A model generated the notes under the pieces. It did no database searches and was not told the DNA's origin. It worked only from the letters and a program-made list of their open reading frames with translations. The position numbers were made by a program, and so were the translations under genes. From an uncultured virus (IMG/VR IMGVR_UViG_3300034375_008561) (lineage: Duplodnaviria > Heunggongvirae > Uroviricota > Caudoviricetes), in IMG/VR virus record IMGVR_UViG_3300034375_008561: a stretch of DNA of 20,000 nt. One strand, given 5' to 3'. The stretch's first letter is position 1. Every line of letters begins with the position of its first letter. Shown here piece by piece: positions 11,101 through 18,100 of this stretch.

Positions 11101-14100
11101 CTGGGTCTGAAGCAGGTTTTCAGGTTCAAGAGAATATGGAAGGTATTGACAAGAGTAGAATTGTCCATTTAGGTAATTTCAATGGTGATGTACTTCAAAG
11201 TGGTAAGATAATAGAAGGAGAGATGCAGAAAGCACAGGTCCTACTTCCATCTAAATTCAAATTAGGTGGTAAACTTATTGACCTATTTGAAGAGTTTGAT
11301 AATGATAAAGGTGATGGTGTTTACTTAAAAAGAGGTTCTGATGGAGTTGTTAGGGTAAAAGAGCACATGGTTGATAAGAAATTGTTAGAGCAGTTTACTT
11401 TCAGAATTCCAACATCCTCACATGGACTTGGGTCATCTATTGAAGTTGTAGGTTTCTTACCTCCAGAAAGTGGTGACTTAATTGTTACACCTAAAGGCTT
11501 TATTGCTCAGATGGGACAAGATTTTGATATTGATAGCTTAACAGCTTATCAGTATAATCATATTGTGATGGCTACAAATACTGAAAACTATTCAGAAGGT
11601 AGCATTCATTTATTGACAGAAGAAACCAGAGAGGCTTTTGTACAGGAGAAAGAATTCCTGTTGAACACACTGAGAGATGAGATTAAGAAGGATGGACTAG
11701 GGAAGATTATAGTTTCTGCAGCTCCAACAGTGGAGAAACCAAATAATGCTTTGATGGCAACACTAGCTCTAGTCCAAGAGACTGGAGCCAGAACAGAGAA
11801 AGAGATACTTGATGAGATTGATTTCCAAAAATCAGAACTTAGAAAAGATTTTGATTTGAAATTACTTGAGAACAAGTTTATTGAGATACACAATTCAGTG
11901 TATTCAAATCCTCAGGCTCAGAAGCAGATACAGAAAGTATTATCAATGGCAACAGCTGAACAACAAGCTGATGAAATCCAAGCTCTTCAAATAGGGTCAG
12001 GAAACTCATTTAATATTTTATCACCAAGGTACCAACAAATGAAACTTAATGCTGGTTCTACTGGTCAAGTTGCTATTGGTATCTATGCAAAAGGACTTAC
12101 ACTACATAGTTTGGTTCAACAAGCAAGTGCAGATGGTAGTCTAATTAGATTGGGTACAACAGACAGATTTGGAAAAGAGCATGTGAAGAAAGTAACAATT
12201 GGAAACTTGCATAGTGAAGGAGTTCTAGGACGAACAGATAGCATTAAATCTAAAGGAAAAGAATTTGACGGGTTTACAAGACGTATATCTACAATCTTAG
12301 ATGAGAGAGCAAATACTGCAACAGATAATGAGAAAGCACAAATATTAGGTAGAACAGGACTAAATTATAGAAGTGCTATTGGAGTTGATAGTTTATTATC
12401 CATGCTAGGCTTTGACCTTGAGTACACTAGAATTACTAAGGATGAATATATAGAAGGAGCACCTTTCCACAGAAAGGCAGAGATAGATGGAAATTCAGTG
12501 TATTATTTAGAGCACTCTTTACCTTACTTGTTACACTCACAGCCAATCATAAGAGAATACTTTGAGCTTATTGCTAAGAAAGGGTCTCAAACAACTGACT
12601 TTAGTGCAGATGCTAAAAAAGAGGCTCAACTTGCAATGCTTAAAAAATATGGAGAACAAGACCAAGAATTTTTTGATGGAAAAGTTGTAAGATGGGCACA
12701 AGATGGAGAGAAGAGAATTCCTCTAAGTGACCAGGATAACACTAAATTCACTTCTAAATTCTTAGCTGACCAAATAGAACTTAATGGAGCAGAGAATAAA
12801 ACATCTCAGTTACAGATATTAGCTTTGTATGTTGATTTGATAAACCAATCAGAGAAACAGAGAGAGATGATGTCACATGTTGACTTACAGAACTTAGGAA
12901 AATCTATGTGGGAGTCTACAACAAGAGCTAAAGAATTTAGAAAATACTTCTATTCTGCACAGAATAGAGGAATGCTTGGAGCTGAAAAGCTAATAGGTAG
13001 AGTAGTTCGTCAATCAACAGACCCAAATCAAATACCTTTAGGTGATGGTCTCATATTAGAGCCAACAACTAACCAGGGTGTTATGGTAGGTACTGCTTTA
13101 GGATTAAGTGAAGCACTGTTTACAAATGTATTCCCTGCAAAGAATGTTGCTTTAAATAATATGATGGATGACTTAATTGCAAAGAGTAATGTTAATGTAG
13201 ATAACATCAATACTCTTATTGATGCAAAAGAGAAAGTATTTCAAGAGGTTAAAAAATACTTAACCTCAGCAAAACAATTAGGTATCTTTGGTAAGAGTGC
13301 AAGTGAAGTTAGAAGAGAATTGATGACAGATAGAGAAGGTAACCAATCCTTGAGTAGTTATATTGGTAACATGATGACTTCTAAAAGTACAGAACATGCA
13401 GATGGTATTCAAGCAGTACAAACCAATTTGTTCCTAAACTTACTTAAAACAGTCAAAGGTGAAAATGGTAAGCCATCTTTATTGACCTTCAATAATAATG
13501 AATCATTTGAAGCTAATCAAGAAGCTATCTATGCTTCCTTTAAGGAGCTGATAGCTGAAGATAAGACTTTACCACGGGTTATGAGAAATGGAAAATCTGA
13601 GTACTATTCTACTAGAATTCTAGCTCAAGAATTGATTGCATATTCTTATGCTACTGGAGGTGTTGTACAAGGAGCAGTTCAGTTCCACAAGTTCTTACCT
13701 ATTGAGTATCTTGATGATATGACAAGGACAAATAAGAGAGGTGTGACATCAACTATTAGTGAGAACATGAGAAAATTCAATTCTTTCCATAATGAAGTTC
13801 CATTACCAATGGAATTAGAACAGTTTGAAAGACAATATTTCCAGAATAATCCTGACAAGGTGCCACAGAGTAAAATGAAAGAGATAAAGTTAGAGGATGG
13901 CACAGTACTCTATGAGACTTTAGAAAAAGCTGGTGGGCAATACCTTGCTGTAAGACAACAAACAAAAAGCAAGTTGAAGTCAGACAAGTGGAAATTATAT
14001 GAAAAAATTATAGTAGAGGACAGTGCATCATCAAAACTATACAGAGAAATCAGTGTCTTAGGTGATACAGGAATGACTGAATATGAATTTGGTCTAGAAG

Positions 14101-15188
14101 AATTGTCAAGTGTGGTTAATGAAAAGGTAGCTCCAATACGAGATATTGAGGCTTTAGAAATGGAGACCATATCAGATGAAAAAATGGGTGAAATTCCTGC
14201 TGATGGTAGTACAATAGTTTCTTTCTTAGATGCCATTGAGAATGGAGAGTATGGAGAATATGGTAATGTAAGAGAAATTGCTAAGTACTTAAAACAATTC
14301 GTAACAGATGACCAAGTGTTTACCTATACTAAGGCAGATGTTGCTGGTAGAGTTATAAATGGGCACTTAACTCTGAACCCTGATAACATACCCAACAGAA
14401 ATATACTTGCTCCAACTTTTATCCATGAAGTAGCACATGTCATAACTCAGAAACTTGTAAATCAGCATTTAGATGAGTTTGGAGAGCTTAAGTCAGGAGC
14501 ACCTGCAGAATTGGTAGGATTGAATAATGTATTGACAGAATACAAGAAGCAAATTATAGCTGATAATCCTGTGGAGTGGGAAAAATTCCAAGAGAAATTA
14601 ATTAAGTACAAAGAGGCAGCAAAACAGAATATACCTTGGGATGGTGTCTTCACACAGATGGAGCTTGATACTTTCTACCCTGCTACAAATCTACATGAAT
14701 TCATAGCTACTAGTTTAGGTAACAATCAAGAGTTCATCAAGAAAGCTAAATCGATGTCTTACCTTGAAAGTGGACAGACTATTATGCAAAAATTTGGTTC
14801 TCTCATTACTAATTTCATAAAAAGAATAGGTAAAATGCAGGGAATTCCAGAAAATAGCGTAGCTTTGCAAGCAATTCAAAGAAGTATGGGCGTAGTAGAA
14901 GCAGCAAACAGAGGAAGATTAGCAGAAATTGCAGAAAAAGTTGAAGCTCAAAAAGAACCTGATTTAGCCCATGATGAAACAGCTCACCTAGTCGAGAAAT
15001 TTAACCAACAAGAACCTGACTTTGATGAAAGTTTCTATCAAGGATGGGACCAAACTCCAGATAACTTAGGTGACCCAACTAAAGACAACACAACAGAAAA
15101 TACAGGAGACCCAAGCAATGACATAGCTGATGAGAATTCAATCTCTATGTTACCTGTAATGATTAGAACTAAAAATAAATGTAATTAA
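2175..15188 (+). CDS. Giant (4337 aa) virion-packaged DNA-dependent RNA polymerase of crAss-like type, with an N-terminal ejection-protein-like region and a C-terminal zincin metallopeptidase domain
   Basis: Catalytic motif GQDFDID (DFDID aa 3116-3120, nt 11520-11534) preceded by FRIPT (RIP nt 11403-11411). First-barrel motifs TDAQ (nt 10179-10190), QPIKP, YIKSS and SAVKVG. Candidate bridge-helix GQVAIGIYA and trigger-like TATDNEK. HEVAH at nt 14424-14438. Confidence 0.92.
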   Translation: MDEFAIEVLKANGYDYDSGGIIDAEGNFLSSVELNGKTYTSEADPVLWEEAQQPQYRETGAPDPVQDFRGFEADPLGTALTPAQKENYPMYAQIQEEQGLPTYDDANIYEKEMERQAEEEMEDPYYGTLRELQEEGHEGINDELINKIKENEKFIAEVEAKDPSWNVNIREKDDTDEQIEDAAMYNVPGIAAGYIEKGVMGLVKWANSTFYGESAGMNGTKEEKLAYEKALQDRKEMKKPAARIMKAKIDEKLAELNPVWEEMSMLETIHPDNDIVRYAINELEQEKALIDNSIDEQWIFNPLSDKYTINTLTAGFQGVIDKYMHFQPLANKVTKGEELTENEQLAAEALGLQTKTQGMQLEQHWMHGLTKGTFDSAAFLYGGAVGRVAMKGVTKAVTTAASKQVGNLFGNIIGGSVNMTGQAILHPESHIRAIDKYYGSIAMDVDAEGKPVLTTDRRTYATLMEEMTQKEDELEEMLLTAKDPDMRRNLQAVLKSTQDIKNGLVEPETLANSIGYGFTSVLTENTIENYGLKIGKGLIKNPVTKKLASKNWVKSVAASRAAKGTGAALNKVDNLFMGVKRKFNAITGDGGSKLVGGNFEEMGEEVATQLVPVWGETDEEAIARKGELLELSFYGQVAGQTLLMGGLMKGVHAPAAGLSALQNSRNKDVKKARQAYKDLVKEFGKGNITEAETHELLMKAGGGKFTVQEYNNKINQLKAQGDFAGAADVERNKTFNIGKEMIKNGKGKQFVRDMNRLIANGTIPAESTPAVMEAVNEIKKMNGDMSKHGDLRNKDFVLELKSKQRYTANQKKKIKEEMTRLQGEEVSPQRDGSIKGLETALANIETFEGRLNKQLRLETSEAMRDKLQKEAEITQELVKNYKKHEGDKGTGYVKITRKEAIDKMEKKYGNTIQSSVKQMAKKNLDRYILNETIDEHMKKFEAMPANKPNETETKVDNQNPPEDGATPPPTSTPPAETQEVTAKQTKVKDHVDKLSKSIDDVTAQLEQQQTLFDDEGSLNLASPDTNVPPTKEPDTDPAKDATLEQAELMDTAFFDDMPKASDGKFENEPFQAMVDAVKTRVKEMEEENGEAPTFDDYVDEMLENGDVEADVMKGHMRALGLAWDGAQLGKSNWKKSYNERYASMEAMLALDAAKRSNVPPKVKTDEEIVEEEKEQEQVAGKKTNSEPITYNPDTGEGSHVTPNKQKHYGTEHKANFSAIQYEEEITIDENGKEVRKKVNAPVPQANMESSVNWWDLVNPNKNNIGDKLIPTLLEGEELANTDVAVRDERGIQIPGKSETFEAWTLRTMEEKYPSLTFEQFQETQEYKDKVPMVYKDSNGSNVAYVPEVMWFNANSVGDPTDVEEIDLNNPTAYHQKLIDQNREQARALRNGILSGDVVGMEIADNLSMPPFIKMEKQDADGMPIPTAPLNQMHPDTRLVQMNPNGQFYGLDGVSLKDEHADIINYGDDKSGLGKMEMKQQGKAKSQVATNKGHYYALSFIGMKDGRKQYIAIELNRKKEDGLTDGAHKDDIETARWIAATNKITKFPNSPVGDNDTHPNHMTKTEAEALRRQILEVTGIDVKDKYADMLEARVAHHLGGFSKKTTFGKDTIGMLLGFNETAGTYTKPDSEWVSNMKFKFNAPMVTIKRNPDRSFEVKLVEITPKTVNGEKVTQAKNYEDFLKERLSSNVMGFNVGTEANPVFTAAPQQRYKLTPILKDKTLEDHKETFKQEVEDLKQDEKVEKKTTEVETKDAPVVADTKIIDKAKRKEAMTQAAALAKRLNLNIEDISEIDNLVVAEMATTEQVEKGILSTPGLTIKQEEQVVDWLFSQLSSKEGTYEDAKHRISGILTLNVEELNQSISDLQAFKDNPVVLQMILNMEQAVEQQTEVLNSLDELVAEAGLRAVNVDFVSEEFDVEEWEENIKDFSKGAGEVKSIDKVGTALKRIFAQVSDGQTGFMGLETFPGFKRMYDTVTLALSADTTLEPNFEQMMEILKKRKDSTPWMTPLIEALEASDKQTQNQFVYNTYQQKVYAKFAALSMKNKAIDSRVLDSNANEAKRQIQEKWRENFKRSPINNEGLIDKGALGVVIEEWNRWQEEGVEAQSDEVLQNFLSKFGIELSQGTWDALRANELNVSEGGGKLKVAEFKDLFSGLTPESSSNRTGFLFTNLVKYALLNESKKGDIEFYEATDNHPFKQMSTILNQLSELEAKYNPTYGGTSRYVAGKSVTEMEQFTYFYEQFKKLKNSAKGDKAEIAKLQNLSFSQDSFLLDLLTNDPVFAEQFQHGLIDLMALKELYKQSPLQAGIDELSGVDYRFTQRALFQDRKQGSERTVEGQDFDIRMAHMNTLTNSDKGRMMLLKTAVFDFYKQSGKAFKIEDGEVTFTEELNNLLYKQLVMPELRRIVNYINNGNKSTIDSYDAGATRFNILSELNTLTDANGLTFVEAIVAELDKNGGNVETTLTEIEKEFKGKSTKVLEQNVVREAKDNVKDISEFAKKKDQFNNADYLAKREGTVLENMLVAELDFTLNSMLTNMNYMQMMTGDPALYYKKHRSDEVAELNDSVAQEKMSQRLAINLGKRMAAMIAPGSVLADSHDNKYIQVFLDDMNGPTENLLDIIEMHYGEKAGDIQLSDGVSVREAVELTKKGTRDYVKQLEAEFPRIAEFIDIESTDAQEYTTLEEHLHVMDKQGRISQKLMTDIKDKIKKGEDLTKEQLDIVMQPIKPVYTGTQFDADNDVNRMMYIKSSSFPLIPQLTKGRELDKLRVNMEEVEASTGKTVRAAYHSAVKVGGMVSENRIKSFDQPILPQNTLTLNREHFKIQQDVPFKSKEIQDDKVSMGTQIFKLLMGDGIMEMDGFMYQGKPVTGKQLQAEFHSVFAEMVGMKKDKFLRSLGYDENMETKDPVKTMQKLEALLKKEAKSRGFSKQDLKILDLVDGASGKTFKLPLWLTGNSNKYESMLNAMINNKIFKQKIPGNKFVTGSEAGFQVQENMEGIDKSRIVHLGNFNGDVLQSGKIIEGEMQKAQVLLPSKFKLGGKLIDLFEEFDNDKGDGVYLKRGSDGVVRVKEHMVDKKLLEQFTFRIPTSSHGLGSSIEVVGFLPPESGDLIVTPKGFIAQMGQDFDIDSLTAYQYNHIVMATNTENYSEGSIHLLTEETREAFVQEKEFLLNTLRDEIKKDGLGKIIVSAAPTVEKPNNALMATLALVQETGARTEKEILDEIDFQKSELRKDFDLKLLENKFIEIHNSVYSNPQAQKQIQKVLSMATAEQQADEIQALQIGSGNSFNILSPRYQQMKLNAGSTGQVAIGIYAKGLTLHSLVQQASADGSLIRLGTTDRFGKEHVKKVTIGNLHSEGVLGRTDSIKSKGKEFDGFTRRISTILDERANTATDNEKAQILGRTGLNYRSAIGVDSLLSMLGFDLEYTRITKDEYIEGAPFHRKAEIDGNSVYYLEHSLPYLLHSQPIIREYFELIAKKGSQTTDFSADAKKEAQLAMLKKYGEQDQEFFDGKVVRWAQDGEKRIPLSDQDNTKFTSKFLADQIELNGAENKTSQLQILALYVDLINQSEKQREMMSHVDLQNLGKSMWESTTRAKEFRKYFYSAQNRGMLGAEKLIGRVVRQSTDPNQIPLGDGLILEPTTNQGVMVGTALGLSEALFTNVFPAKNVALNNMMDDLIAKSNVNVDNINTLIDAKEKVFQEVKKYLTSAKQLGIFGKSASEVRRELMTDREGNQSLSSYIGNMMTSKSTEHADGIQAVQTNLFLNLLKTVKGENGKPSLLTFNNNESFEANQEAIYASFKELIAEDKTLPRVMRNGKSEYYSTRILAQELIAYSYATGGVVQGAVQFHKFLPIEYLDDMTRTNKRGVTSTISENMRKFNSFHNEVPLPMELEQFERQYFQNNPDKVPQSKMKEIKLEDGTVLYETLEKAGGQYLAVRQQTKSKLKSDKWKLYEKIIVEDSASSKLYREISVLGDTGMTEYEFGLEELSSVVNEKVAPIRDIEALEMETISDEKMGEIPADGSTIVSFLDAIENGEYGEYGNVREIAKYLKQFVTDDQVFTYTKADVAGRVINGHLTLNPDNIPNRNILAPTFIHEVAHVITQKLVNQHLDEFGELKSGAPAELVGLNNVLTEYKKQIIADNPVEWEKFQEKLIKYKEAAKQNIPWDGVFTQMELDTFYPATNLHEFIATSLGNNQEFIKKAKSMSYLESGQTIMQKFGSLITNFIKRIGKMQGIPENSVALQAIQRSMGVVEAANRGRLAEIAEKVEAQKEPDLAHDETAHLVEKFNQQEPDFDESFYQGWDQTPDNLGDPTKDNTTENTGDPSNDIADENSISMLPVMIRTKNKCN
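9174..9190 (+). repeat. 17-bp exact direct repeat GGACAAGATTTTGATAT (second copy 11514-11530, in the RNAP catalytic motif)
   Basis: Both copies read directly. They are in the same frame, both encode GQDFDI and lie 2340 nt apart. Confidence 0.8.
10140..12345 (+). other. Catalytic core of the two-barrel (double-psi beta-barrel) RNA polymerase within the 4337-aa ORF
   Basis: Ordered motifs: ESTDAQ (D at 10182), K in QPIKP (10335), K in YIKSS (10398), SAVKVG (10518-10535), RIP (11403-11411), DFDID (11520-11534), AIGIYA (~12072-12089), ATDNEK (12318-12335). The order fits phi14:2 gp66 / QDE-1-like polymerases. Confidence 0.85.
14210..14840 (+). other. Zincin-like metallopeptidase domain (HExxH plus distal E) at the C-terminus of the vRNAP protein
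   Basis: AGRVINGHLTLNP strand region, then TFIHEVAHVIT (HEVAH aa 4084-4088) and NLHEFIATSLGNNQEF (E aa 4175, nt 14697-14699, candidate third Zn ligand). Domain boundaries are approximate. Confidence 0.8.
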
Positions 15189-15190
15189 AT

Positions 15191-18100
15191 ATGGCAAGAT
15201 GTGATATACAATTGAAAGAGGTAACTGACTTAGTCAACAAAAAGTCTGAAGAAGTCATTGCACTACTTTCAAATAAATCTCTTAAGGAAGCTAAAAGACT
15301 AGCACCCATAATGAATGATAGACATTTCTATGGAGCAAGAGTAATACAGGTGCCTAAAGCTCTAGGCACTACACCAGTAGTTATAGCAGACAAAGCTATG
15401 CTTGCTGAAGCAATAGAGAATAAGATTACTGATGATGAAAAATATGAGATGGAAGAAAGAATGGCTGAGCTTGAAGCAGGGCAAAACTATGCAACTCTAG
15501 ACATGTTGCCTTCAGGTATGAAGACCTACAACAAATTTAATTATTCCAATGTCTTGAACAACAAAATAATTCTCAAAGCCAAACTAGAGGCTCAGCGTAA
15601 CTTGATTAAGAATAAGAAACGTGATAAGCAACAATTAAGACAGGTTGAATACTTAAATAATACTATCAAAAAGTTAGCACAAGATATAAAACATCTTAGG
15701 ACAGCTGATGAGAGCTTAGAAGTTTATCTTAATAGTGTTGCTAGAGATGTAAGAAATGTTAAGGCATTACTAAAGAATCCTACTATTGATAACATTCAGG
15801 CTATTGGAACTTACATTGAGGTACTAGAGAATATAACAAAAAAGTCAGGGTCTGAAGGAAATGGATTCCTTATGGATGACATTGACACTATTGAAGAAGA
15901 CAACCCAATAATTTTTGAGCAGCTCAAAGAGACTATTGATGAGATTAACTTACTGAGACAAAAGCAAAATATAGCTCAAGAAAGAATGACTAGAGAGCTA
16001 ATTAGGAACTACTTAAAGAATACTAAAGGTGCAAACAACTGGGATGAATTAGATTTAGATGATGCAGTAGAGGCTCATTATAAAGAACAATTTGAATCCA
16101 ATAGAGAAATGGCTATGGGTCTTCAATATGTTACAGGAATGGATGAGCAAGAGAAGAAAAATATTATTGTTTCTGCAATCTATAAGACTTATGCAGATGC
16201 TCTAACCCAAAGTAATATGAAGGACAAGAGAAAAGCCCTTGATGATATTAAAGATGAGGTTAAAGCTGAACTCATTAAATTAGGGCACAGCACAGGAAGG
16301 ATGTTTAGAAAGGTTGCTAATCAAAATATATTTTTAAGAAAAAATACAAGTGCACATCAATTGATTGGTAAATTCTCTTCTGCCTGGGTAGCATTCCAGA
16401 ATAAGATGAAAACAGAGAATGAGAGAATAACACAAAATATTCTCTATGACCCAAAGAAAACTTCTGATGAGGTAGAGCTTATCAAAAAGACTTTTCAAAA
16501 GTTAGATGCTAACGTTGATTTTTTTGATGTTACTCTGGTTCCTGAAATCATAGAAGATGATACATTACAACACCATAAAGAATTCTTTGGTGACATAAAA
16601 GAAGCAGAAGCTTATCGAGATAAGTTAGTAGCTAAGATAGGACAAAGGGAATATGATAAGCTAAAAGATGATGCAATGCAAAAGATATTCTCTTATGATA
16701 TCTTTCTAGAACAACAAGAAGCTAGATTGTTAGAGAGACGAGAACAAGCAAAAAATAACCCCAAAATACCGTGGAATGAGGAGACCCATGTAAATAGAGA
16801 TTTACATTATTCATACTCAAAAAATCCATTCATATTTGCTAAGACCTACAAAGATACAGGAAGCAACCAGATTAACAAGCACTATACTGTCAATGGAGAA
16901 AAGAAATTTACTAATACTCCTGCTGATATGGAATTTATTTCATACTCTCCCAAGCATGAAAGTTACTTTGACCAAGACTTCAAAGAAATTGAAAATAACC
17001 CAGTACTAAACAAGGCTTGGGGAATTATGGCTGACCTTGTAGAGTTCAATAATCAAAATGGATTTAATAATTCACCTAATGATTTGAATGAGTACAGTTT
17101 AGCAGCTATGCAAAAGAAATTAAAGCAAATGCCTCTAAGTAAGCTTAAGTTGATGGGAAGGAAAGTCTTAAGTCATTTACATAAGAATGTGACAGCAGAG
17201 AGGGAAATGGATGAAAACATTGATAATCAATCCAATCAAGTTAGTGGTAGTAGAAACTTAGTTGATAAGCAGATAAAACAGTTATATAAGTCAAAAATTG
17301 CACAGTATACTAAGCCTGATAAAAAGACAAAAGAGACAGTTATGCAAGAGGCAAAAGCTCAGATATTAGAGAGACAAAACCCTGACTTAATGGATAACAT
17401 CCTGACTGCCACTAGAATGACTGAGGTATTTAAAGCAAAAAGAGAAGTTGAAGCTGAAGTTCTCTTCTTAAGAAATCAGCTACAAAAGGTAAAAGATAGA
17501 GCTGCATTTAAAAAGATAACAGATTTCTTCATCAACAAAGAATTCTATGGTATTAATAATAGACAGCACTGGGGTTGGCTTAATGTCCCTCCTGTTGAAG
17601 GAAGAGCAAGATGGTTTTCTGAACATGAGAAAGATATTAGAACTGAATCAAAGGCATCTATTAAAGCTCTTCAAGAAAGACTTAAGACAGAGACTGATGA
17701 TATGATTAGAGCAGACATACAAAGAGAGATTGCTGCTTTTGAAGAGTTTTTAGAGTCTGGTGGTAGAGTACTTACTGGAGGCTCTGTGGTTGAAGCAATA
17801 CTTATTAAGTCTACAAGAGTTGTAGCATTCTCAGTTAACTTTGGAGCACAGGCTACAAACAAAGTTATTGCAGATGTTAATGCTTGGGAAGTAGATGGGA
17901 GAGAAGGCTTTTGGTCAGCAGGTGCTTACCATGACTCTAAATCTTTCTCAAGAAAGTGGAAAGAATATGGTGGCAATTTAGAAACAAAACGACAAATTAA
18001 AATAGGAGACCTATTATTACAGAGATTAGAGGTATTCCAAAATAGTTCCAATGAGATATTTAAGCTGGAAAAATCAAAAGCAAAGAATGCTTTGTTGGCA

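Noticed and set aside
15040..15135. Short peptide repeat DNLGDPTKD / ENTGDPSND in the RNAP tail
   Set aside because: Only two degenerate copies in a low-complexity acidic linker, so it is treated as part of the disordered tail and not as a repeat element.
15170..15210. Intein or split intein suggested by the terminal ...KCN and MARC...
   Set aside because: No Hint-domain blocks (N-terminal C-[LF], TxxH, HN-[CST]) were seen, and the lack of internal Cys argues against typical inteins. The RNAP ORF is also uninterrupted by introns.
15140..15515. MLP motif near both sides of the junction (SISMLPV and TLDMLPS) as a protease site
   Set aside because: A three-residue match seen twice is too weak without conservation data.
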